30,271 nt of DNA from a virus. Its lineage: Duplodnaviria > Caudoviricetes. The DNA lies in the IMG/VR virus record IMGVR_UViG_3300036546_000398, positions 1 through 30,271 of that record; one strand, 5' to 3'. The notes under the pieces were generated by a model. It was not told the origin of the DNA. It searched no databases and saw only the letters and a list, made by a program, of their open reading frames with translations. Shown piece after piece: positions 1-6,778 of this stretch. Positions within the stretch are counted from its first letter, which is position 1. Each line of letters starts with the position of its first letter. The position numbers and the translations under genes are program-made.

Positions 1-1215
1 ATGAACCCTTCAGATTGTCTGCCGGAAAACAAATCCCTGGATGACAAACAAGATCCGGGAATCGTCAATCAACCGGAAGAGGCACATGCTGCCATCAACG
101 AATTCCTTTCGCTGCTCAGTCATGAGTTGCGTACTCCGCTGGCCGGCACCATGGGAATGTTGGATCTGGTGTTGGCCGGAGACCTGGCGGCCGACCAGCG
201 CAGCGCACTGACTCTGGCGAATGCCTCGGCTCGGGCTATGTTGCGCATGGTTGAAGACATGCATGATCTTGCCCGCATTGAAACGGGGCGATTTGCTTTG
301 GAAAGCAGCCCTTTCGAAGTGCGACCCTGGGCTGACGAAATGGTCCAGGAGATTGCCAGCGCCGGCAGGGTCAATTTTTTGGTCGAGGTCAATGAGCGGG
401 TGCCGGAGATTTTGGTTGGCGACGGGGATCGCATCGCCCACCTGATCATGGGGCAGATTGACTTGTTTCTCAAGCACAACAGAAGCCAGAATCTTTGTCT
501 TACCCTCACTCTGGAAACTCAAGTGAGCGGTGATTACCTGCTGGTGACAATAGGCGAGACGGGCGCCATGCTTGCAGAGAGTGAGCGCGTTGATCTTCTG
601 CAATGTTGCCGTAAGTTAGCCCATGTTTCCCTGCTCACCTTTCGGCATATTGGGCTCAAGCAGGCGGTGGTAAACAATCTGGCCGCTGCCCTGGGTGGTG
701 CTTTGTGGCCGGCACAAGAGTCCGTTGATGGAAATATTCAGGCATTGGCCGTACCCATTCAACTTCCGGTTGGGTACGACAGGGGCGGGGTTGAGCCGCA
801 GGTTGCAGAAGAACTTTTGTACAACGAAAGTGACGCCTCTCAGGCACATATTCTGCTGGTGGAAGATGATGATGCCATACGCAGATTGGTAGAACTGCTC
901 CTGCAGCAGCGTGGTTGGCGCGTTACTGCCGTGGCGGATGGCCTCCATGCTCTGGAAGTATTGCAAAATAACCAATTTGATCTGGTACTGATGGATATCC
1001 GCATGCCGCGCCTCGACGGCCTTGAAACGACCCGTAGAATTCGCCGTCGAGAACAGAGCCTCGGCATGTCGCCGTTGCCGATTGTCGGCATGACCGCCCA
1101 TGCCGCCATGCAGGATCGCACCATGTGTCTGGAGGCAGGGATGGACGATCATCTCAGCAAGCCCATTGCTTCGAATCGTCTTTATGCCATGGTCGAAAAA
1201 TATCTGGCTGGTTAG
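1..1215 (+). CDS. Hybrid sensor histidine kinase/response regulator (HisKA + degenerate HATPase + receiver)
   Basis: H-box FLSLLSHELRTPL; C-terminal receiver with ILLVEDD, DLVLMDIRMP, MTA and SKP motifs. N, G1 and G2 boxes are degenerate. The start is at the window edge, so an upstream extension cannot be excluded. Confidence 0.85.
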   Translation: MNPSDCLPENKSLDDKQDPGIVNQPEEAHAAINEFLSLLSHELRTPLAGTMGMLDLVLAGDLAADQRSALTLANASARAMLRMVEDMHDLARIETGRFALESSPFEVRPWADEMVQEIASAGRVNFLVEVNERVPEILVGDGDRIAHLIMGQIDLFLKHNRSQNLCLTLTLETQVSGDYLLVTIGETGAMLAESERVDLLQCCRKLAHVSLLTFRHIGLKQAVVNNLAAALGGALWPAQESVDGNIQALAVPIQLPVGYDRGGVEPQVAEELLYNESDASQAHILLVEDDDAIRRLVELLLQQRGWRVTAVADGLHALEVLQNNQFDLVLMDIRMPRLDGLETTRRIRRREQSLGMSPLPIVGMTAHAAMQDRTMCLEAGMDDHLSKPIASNRLYAMVEKYLAG

Positions 1216-1473
1216 TGCCCTGTGCGGCTGCCCCCGTCTTATGATTCCGACGCGAAGATAAGCTATCAGCGGTGGGTCGACTTTACTTAATGCGTGGCCA
1301 GGTTTGCATTGCCTGTTTTGGTAGCGCCGGGAATGTCATCAAATGATGTGAGGCGACTGACCTTTAAGGTATGTGGGTTTCTGGTCGTTTAGAAGACCCT
1401 GGTGCCTGGTCGGTATGTCTTTTTCTAACCGTTCGAGATCAGGAAAACGCTGTTTACGGTAATGGTTTTTGCA

Positions 1474-1508
1474 GGCCGATTTTTTTCATAGTCTGAAAAA
1501 AATCGGCC
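1474..1508. repeat. Perfect 15-bp inverted repeat upstream of the tRNA promoter
   Basis: GGCCGATTTTTTTCA-TAGTC-TGAAAAAAATCGGCC. Confidence 0.8.
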
Positions 1509-1518
1509 GAAAAAAAAC

Positions 1519-1546
1519 TTGACATACACGCAAACGTCAGTATAAT
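1519..1546 (+). promoter_or_regulatory. sigma70 promoter of tRNA-Asn
   Basis: TTGACA (1519-1524), 16-bp spacer, TATAAT (1541-1546), with an A-tract upstream; typical of stable-RNA promoters. Confidence 0.9.
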
Positions 1547-1608
1547 CCAGCCCATCGCTACACGAGATTCCTGGTTTCTTCGGGACGTACGCTCGGGTGT
1601 GATAGTAT

Positions 1609-1684
1609 TCCCTGGTAGCTCAGTTGGTAGAGCAGGCGGCTGTTAACCGCCTTGTCGCAGGTTCGAGTCCTGCCCGGGGAGCCA
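1609..1684 (+). tRNA. tRNA-Asn (anticodon GTT)
   Basis: 76 nt; acceptor TCCCTGG/CCGGGGA, D-arm GCTCAGTTGGTAGAGC, anticodon arm GGCGG-CTGTTAA-CCGCC, T-loop GTTCGAGTC, encoded CCA. Confidence 0.98.
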
Positions 1685-1691
1685 AAAATTC

Positions 1692-1730
1692 AAGAGGGTT
1701 ACGGAATGTCTTCCGTAACCCTCTTTTTTT
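1692..1730 (+). terminator. Rho-independent terminator after tRNA-Asn
   Basis: AAGAGGGTTACGGAA-TGTC-TTCCGTAACCCTCTT followed by a T-run. Confidence 0.92.
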
Positions 1731-1760
1731 GTTCAGCCACCCCTTCATTGTCTGCCCCTG

Positions 1761-1817
1761 TGTAACGCGCCGCGCGATTTGGCACCGTTTAACGTTGTTT
1801 TTGGCACCACCGCGCGA
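1761..1817. repeat. Probable prophage right end (attR) with transposase-binding repeats
   Basis: Starts TGTAACGCG; TTTGGCACC at 1778-1786 and 1800-1808 (22-bp period); CCGCGCGA at 1770-1777 and 1810-1817; about 90 bp past the last phage gene. Confidence 0.65.
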
Positions 1818-1848
1818 CGCAATTATCAACTGATTCTTAATCCATTAA

Positions 1849-2664
1849 TCACATCCCGAACAACCCCTCCTGATATCCCTTTGGTGTTGGAACTCCACCC
1901 GGCCAGGTTCCGTAGATAAGTTCGACGCAATCACTCTGTTTTGCCCCTCCGCCTACCGTGTATTGGTAGTCTACTTCCACCACGGGAAGATCCTTGAACA
2001 GGGCCCTGATATCCGGATGATCGTTGATGGAGATGATCATCTGACCTTTTATTGTGCCAGCCAGTTTGGCCATTGCTTCGTATTGCTCCCATCCGAACGA
2101 CACCCCGTAACCTTCTGTTTGCCAGTATGGAGGGTCACAATAAAAGAGCGTATGCGGCCGGTCATATTTAAGTATTACCTCCTGCCAGTCAAGGTGCTCG
2201 ATGGTGGTGTTGGCCAATCGAAAATGGGCGTCTGCCAGATCCTGCTCCAGGGTAAAAATATTAAACCTTGGCCGACTGGTGGTGGCCGTGCCGAAGGATT
2301 GCCCGTCTACCTTGCCGCCGAAGGCGAGCTTTTGCAGATAAAGGAATCTGGCTGCTCGTTGTACGTCTGTCAGGGTTTGGGGCGGTGTGGCCTGCAGCCA
2401 CTCCCAATTCCGGCGACTGGTTAAGACCCATTTGAATTGCTTGTAAAGCTCCTCTAAATGATGTTTTACAACCCGGTAAAGGTTGACCAGGTCGCCGTGC
2501 ACATCGTTGATGACCTCGACTTCGGATGGCTGCTTGAGAAAGAATAATGCGGCCGCTCCGCAGAACGGCTCCACATAGCACTTATGGGCCGGGAAAATTG
2601 GCAGTATATGATCGGCGAGTTTTCGTTTGCCGCCGATCCATGGAATAATTGGTTTGCTGGACAT
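1849..2664 (-). CDS. D12-class (Dam-like) N6-adenine DNA methyltransferase in the mom position
   Basis: PWIGGK, motif I YVEPFCGAAA, VINDVHGDL, catalytic motif IV YCDPPY; SD GAGG 6 nt upstream. Confidence 0.92.
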   Translation of the reverse strand: MSSKPIIPWIGGKRKLADHILPIFPAHKCYVEPFCGAAALFFLKQPSEVEVINDVHGDLVNLYRVVKHHLEELYKQFKWVLTSRRNWEWLQATPPQTLTDVQRAARFLYLQKLAFGGKVDGQSFGTATTSRPRFNIFTLEQDLADAHFRLANTTIEHLDWQEVILKYDRPHTLFYCDPPYWQTEGYGVSFGWEQYEAMAKLAGTIKGQMIISINDHPDIRALFKDLPVVEVDYQYTVGGGAKQSDCVELIYGTWPGGVPTPKGYQEGLFGM

Positions 2665-2679
2665 AATGAGCCTCTATTG

Positions 2680-2709
2680 TTGTCTTGAGTTGTCTGATTG
2701 TGATAGGCT
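2680..2709 (+). promoter_or_regulatory. Candidate antisense promoter in the methyltransferase leader
   Basis: TTGTCT (2680-2685), 18 bp, extended -10 TGaTAGGCT (2701-2709). Confidence 0.45.
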
Positions 2710-2715
2710 CCTCCC

Positions 2716-2825
2716 GCCGTGACGTCGCGGGGAGGGAGCCTTCGGCTTGGCTCACAGTCCCAGTTACTGTGGGTTGGGCGGTCGGGTGGTGTTCCAGCAC
2801 CTCTCGGCCGCTCCCTCTACTATTT
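2716..2825 (+). ncRNA. Candidate antisense RNA to the methyltransferase leader
   Basis: Hairpins at 2717-2730, 2749-2775 and 2776-2813 contain about 8 G-U pairs on the + strand that become A-C mismatches on the - strand. Confidence 0.55.
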
Positions 2826-3048
2826 ACACTTCAAATTCATACACCGTCAGATCCGGTGCCTCGCCCTTGATCCACCCTCCCTGCACATAGGCTGTCAGTC
2901 CAACAGCTACGCCCTGCCCTTTTACTAGAGCATAGCCTCCGCCGGGGAATTGTACCGTGCTGGTGCCGTCGCTGTTGTGGGCATTTACTGTTGCCACCAG
3001 CAGTGGTTCTTTAGGCAGCAGGTCTTGGAAGCGCCTCCATAAATTCAT
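2824..3048 (-). CDS. Small tail-module protein (74 aa, MNLWRRFQDLL...)
   Basis: ATG at 3048, 4 nt after the upstream stop, with SD GGAG; short beta-rich sequence at the end of the tail operon. Confidence 0.7.
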   Translation of the reverse strand: MNLWRRFQDLLPKEPLLVATVNAHNSDGTSTVQFPGGGYALVKGQGVAVGLTAYVQGGWIKGEAPDLTVYEFEV

Positions 3049-3052
3049 TCTC

Positions 3053-5083
3053 TTAGCTCCCGTGATAGCGCAGCACGTCGATGGTTTGGTTGACGGTTGG
3101 CCTGGCAGCGGTGATGTTGGTGCGGATGACTTGACCGCGCCAGGTTTCGGTGTCCTGGGTCTCGATGATGGATCCAGGGACAAGCAGTCCGGGGTTGTCG
3201 AGTAGCGGCAGGTTGAGGGTTTCGATGCTGCGTGCGCCGCTGTCGGCTAAAATCTTTTTGCCGAGGGCCAGGCCGGGTTCAGTGGCGGTGATCAGTGGGT
3301 GGACTTGTTGTCCGGCGAGGCGGCTGCCGTCGGTGCCGCTGCGGCGCACAAAGCAGGTGACGCCTTGCTGTTGGCCTCGGCAGTAGACGCCGGTGTAGGC
3401 CGGCCGTGGTTCAAAGCGGCCACGGCGGCTGTCGATCATGGCGGATGGGACCACGGCATCGATGGCGACTCCGCCCCAGTTCCAGGGCAGGACCGGGTAC
3501 CTGGGCTGGATGAGCAGCTGCTGGCTTGATGGATGCGACTGTACCACGCCTCCTGCGGCGGCCGCGATCTGGGCGATAGCCTGGATGGGGGTTTGTCCCT
3601 GATAGCTCCAGACGCCACCGGGGATCAGCCATTCGGGCAGGCTCCAGGCGATAGTAAAACCGGTGTCGGTCAACTCATCCTCGGCGAGCTGCTGAGCGGT
3701 GCGCTGCTGGGTCTGGATGAGATCGCGCGGGGCGCTGTACGGGTCGGCCAGGTAGGCGGACAGGCTGCGGCCGGTGGCGGTATAGGCGCGTTGCCCCCAG
3801 CGGATTTCCTCGCCGTATTCCTCGATGGCGAAGCGCCAGCTCAAGCCGTTGATGGTGGCTTCCACTTCGACCGGCGCGCCGCCGGAGGGGCGTACCAGAT
3901 CGAGGTCGGTTTTACGCACCAGGGTGGCGCTCAGGCTCCAGGCCCAGCTGTCGCGGTCGGTACCGACAGAGAGGTTTTCGACGGGGATCGGTACGCCGTC
4001 GGCGAGACGGATGAGGCTGACGGTATTCATGACAAAATAGACCTTCCGGATGTTGGGCCGGGCAATATTCCACGACCGGGGCTTGTACCAGTACGGATCC
4101 TTGGGACCGTTCCAGGTGCCGTCGTAGCAGTGGCGCGGGTAGTTGCTGCTCAAATCAGCGAACAGCAGCGCGTCACCGGCCGGCACCAGATAGCCGCTGA
4201 CGGCGTCGAACAGGATCTGATCGCCCCTTGGGGGATCGTAGCGGTTAACGCACCAGCGCGGGTACCAGTTCGGGCCGCTGACGATGGGGACAATCACATC
4301 TTTAGCGGCCGGCGCGCTGTAAGCGGCGGCGGTGTTCCGGGCCAGCTTTTCGAGGCTGTCCCACAGAAGTCGCCTGGTCGTGTCGTTAGACTCCGGGTAG
4401 CAGTACCCGGCAAGCAGTTGTCGCAGCCTCGGCGCAAGAACCCCGCCCCAGGGTATCTCAAAGCGCTCGCGGTTTTTGGTGGCAGGATGGGCGTAGCGCA
4501 TACCGGCATCGTGTTTAATCTGTTGCCGCAGATCACCCCATGGGGCTGTGGCCTGCCGGTTCATTGCCGGGATAGCGGCCCATGGTTGGGTGGCGGCACG
4601 CTCGGTGCGTTGTTGCTCTCCCCACGGCACAGCTGTGCGCGGCTCGATAGGCGGCGCCTGCCGGTGGTGGTGGCCGGTGCGGTGCTCGATGCGGGTGCCG
4701 TCCGTCCAGCGGGCGCGATAGCTGCCACCAAATGGCACCGGGATATACCAGCTGGGTGCCGTCTCGGCCGAGGCGGTCAGTGGCAGCTCGATCGTAGCGG
4801 CGGCTTGCGTAACCAGCATGGCCGATGCGGCGGCTGTTACGGCGATATCCATCTGCGCCGATATCGCCGTAAACCCACCTATCGTGGCCGAGGCCTGTAT
4901 CCCGGTATCGACGACGGCCGAAACCGTAAGGACCTGCCACGCGTCGGCCGATACCGCGATCCCGAGATCGACGACGGCCGACATCTCCAGGTATTGAGAA
5001 GCAGCTCCACCGAAAATAACAGCGTCGCCGGCCGGAGGAACATACGCCGGCTGCGATACCGCCGAAAAGACGATATCAGGCAT
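3053..5083 (-). CDS. Tail tip/hub-type structural protein (676 aa)
   Basis: Long ORF overlapping its neighbour in the tail operon; N-terminal ~20-aa Ala/Val/Ser repeats. Confidence 0.7.
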   Translation of the reverse strand: MPDIVFSAVSQPAYVPPAGDAVIFGGAASQYLEMSAVVDLGIAVSADAWQVLTVSAVVDTGIQASATIGGFTAISAQMDIAVTAAASAMLVTQAAATIELPLTASAETAPSWYIPVPFGGSYRARWTDGTRIEHRTGHHHRQAPPIEPRTAVPWGEQQRTERAATQPWAAIPAMNRQATAPWGDLRQQIKHDAGMRYAHPATKNRERFEIPWGGVLAPRLRQLLAGYCYPESNDTTRRLLWDSLEKLARNTAAAYSAPAAKDVIVPIVSGPNWYPRWCVNRYDPPRGDQILFDAVSGYLVPAGDALLFADLSSNYPRHCYDGTWNGPKDPYWYKPRSWNIARPNIRKVYFVMNTVSLIRLADGVPIPVENLSVGTDRDSWAWSLSATLVRKTDLDLVRPSGGAPVEVEATINGLSWRFAIEEYGEEIRWGQRAYTATGRSLSAYLADPYSAPRDLIQTQQRTAQQLAEDELTDTGFTIAWSLPEWLIPGGVWSYQGQTPIQAIAQIAAAAGGVVQSHPSSQQLLIQPRYPVLPWNWGGVAIDAVVPSAMIDSRRGRFEPRPAYTGVYCRGQQQGVTCFVRRSGTDGSRLAGQQVHPLITATEPGLALGKKILADSGARSIETLNLPLLDNPGLLVPGSIIETQDTETWRGQVIRTNITAARPTVNQTIDVLRYHGS

Positions 5084-5486
5084 CGTTCATCTTAAAGACC
5101 AGTGCGCCCGGCTGAAACATCACGGCGGCCCCGCCGGCGGTAACCGACTTGGATGCGGCCAGCGCCGCCCAGGGCTGCAGGTTGCCCCCGGTTTGCGCGT
5201 CGTACAGAGCTACCCCCGTCACGGTGCCCCAGTCGTTGACCGGCTCCGGAAACAATATAGCGCCGGCGTTGACGTGGGCGCCGTCGGTCTCCCGGGGGAT
5301 CCAGATCGTATCGTCAGGGCCAACAGCAAGGCGCCCGTAATCAGCGGCAACCACCTCCACCAAACCGCCCTCATCGGTGGGCAGCGCGGTGAGAAGCGCC
5401 AGCCATATCCCCGCCGGCTTGGTCCAGGTCGCCGAGCGCAGCAAATGGCCGAGCACCTGTTGTTCGAGATATTCCGATGTGGCCAT
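5076..5486 (-). CDS. Phage tail (fiber-associated) protein
   Basis: SD AAGGAG; motif SEYLE...DWGTVTGVALYDAQTGGNL seen in small siphovirus tail proteins. Confidence 0.7.
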   Translation of the reverse strand: MATSEYLEQQVLGHLLRSATWTKPAGIWLALLTALPTDEGGLVEVVAADYGRLAVGPDDTIWIPRETDGAHVNAGAILFPEPVNDWGTVTGVALYDAQTGGNLQPWAALAASKSVTAGGAAVMFQPGALVFKMNDA

Positions 5487-5498
5487 GCGTAGGGCTCC

Positions 5499-5828
5499 TT
5501 AGGTTTGCGGTGGCAGGCCGTCATCGTCGACCTGGTAGACGCGGTCAAAGATGAGAGCATTAGTGAAATCGGCGACACTGTCATCGTAAGCGGTAATGAC
5601 ATAGGGGGTCGCCAGCGTTTGCGGGGGGAGATTTCTAAAAGAGAATATCCCGTTTGCATCCGTCACGGTGCTGGCAATGTATTCACCCGTAACCCTCCTA
5701 CGTATCTCGACCCTGCGTGAAACGGGGGAGCCGTCCTTATAACAGACACCGGCAATCCTGTGCGGCTGGTCCCAAGCAGGGCCGTTCGCTATAAGACCTG
5801 CCGCGCCGCTAAAACCTAATAATCCCAT
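5499..5828 (-). CDS. Small tail-tip accessory protein with prealbumin/carboxypeptidase-regulatory-like fold (109 aa)
   Basis: TGATG overlap with the upstream gene; IAGVCYKDG...STVTDANGIFSFRNL motif. Confidence 0.6.
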   Translation of the reverse strand: MGLLGFSGAAGLIANGPAWDQPHRIAGVCYKDGSPVSRRVEIRRRVTGEYIASTVTDANGIFSFRNLPPQTLATPYVITAYDDSVADFTNALIFDRVYQVDDDGLPPQT

Positions 5829-6778
5829 CAGTCCCAACTCCCGCTGATATCAACAAAAAGTTGCCCTATGTAGTTGGTTGACGTTGAAGAGGCCTTGTCC
5901 GTCAGTAGAGCCATCCATGTTTTTGATGTTTTCGGGTCAACAACCTCGGCGTAATTAGCCTCTGGCCGTCTCGTCGATGGACTCGCAAGCCCACGGAGAA
6001 TGCCCCTTGCCATGTTCGAGTTTCCCTCATCGGCATAGCTGCAATGAATCGGCATGGGCAATAACCTGTACCCCATCCCTGTTACACCGGAGGTATCGGA
6101 AAAACCGGAACCTCCACCGGGACAGGTATTAGCAGAAAGCATGGCTGTCAAATTACCTACAACCCCGTTGGTCCCTATTGCTGACTTATGAATACAAATC
6201 CAAGCGGCTATTGAAGTGCCCCCGAGACTCACAGCGTACCCAAAAGAACAATCGTAGGTCAGATTGTAAGGGAGGGAAGAGGCAGAGTTATGACCGGCAA
6301 TGAAGGAGTTGGCGGTATCACCCTCGATGTTAGAATCAAACTCCCCGAACCCATGCGGTATTAACCCATACCGGCTACACAACCAGACGTAACACGTCTT
6401 CTCATCGGCCACCACCACCCAATGGGTAGAGTCAGCGAGGCTGTACCACTTGCCAAAATATCTTGAGGACGCCCACTGTCCTGCACCTGTGTTGACATCG
6501 GACATGGACTCAAAAGCATTGATATAGGCAATATCTGCATCGGCTGCGTTGTCATCAATCTGATAAAACTGCCGTGCCCCGATTGCCGCCCGGAATACGG
6601 CCTTCCCGCCTGATTCTGCAAACGGCTCATCCCACCCGGCCGGGGCCTTGTAGTCCTCCCCGCTGCCGTAGCCGGTCACAAGACAGGCCCGCAGCAGTGC
6701 CGCCAAAGTACCCTGGGTACTGTTCGGGTGCGCGGGCGCTCCGGAGTCGGTCGATTTATAAACCCTTACGGTACTCAT
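5828..6778 (-). CDS. Putative receptor-binding/tail-fiber protein (316 aa)
   Basis: TGATG overlap at 6778; N-terminus VYKSTDSGAP...LRACLVTGYG...AGW; C-terminal part is visibly more AT-rich. Confidence 0.65.
   Translation of the reverse strand: MSTVRVYKSTDSGAPAHPNSTQGTLAALLRACLVTGYGSGEDYKAPAGWDEPFAESGGKAVFRAAIGARQFYQIDDNAADADIAYINAFESMSDVNTGAGQWASSRYFGKWYSLADSTHWVVVADEKTCYVWLCSRYGLIPHGFGEFDSNIEGDTANSFIAGHNSASSLPYNLTYDCSFGYAVSLGGTSIAAWICIHKSAIGTNGVVGNLTAMLSANTCPGGGSGFSDTSGVTGMGYRLLPMPIHCSYADEGNSNMARGILRGLASPSTRRPEANYAEVVDPKTSKTWMALLTDKASSTSTNYIGQLFVDISGSWD

Noticed and set aside
1609-1684. tRNA-Asn as an integrase attachment site
   Set aside because: No integrase is adjacent, no duplicated tRNA 3' end is seen in the window, the terminator is intact, and the phage has Mu-type genes and a TG end.
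1620-1833. 69-aa ORFs on both strands over the tRNA
   Set aside because: Artefacts of translating the tRNA and terminator.
2582-2800. 72-aa ORF as a com-like translational activator
   Set aside because: No CxxC zinc-finger pairs; it overlaps the MTase start and the structured leader.
5803-5813. Extra C4 a-type target near the start of the 109-aa tail gene (also CCGCTAAACGC at 27388-27398)
   Set aside because: About two chance copies of a 7-mer are expected per strand in 30 kb, and neither has a properly matching b site.
2824-6778. Diversity-generating retroelement or invertible tail-fibre segment
   Set aside because: No reverse transcriptase or invertase in the window, and I saw no TR/VR pair or flanking inverted repeats.
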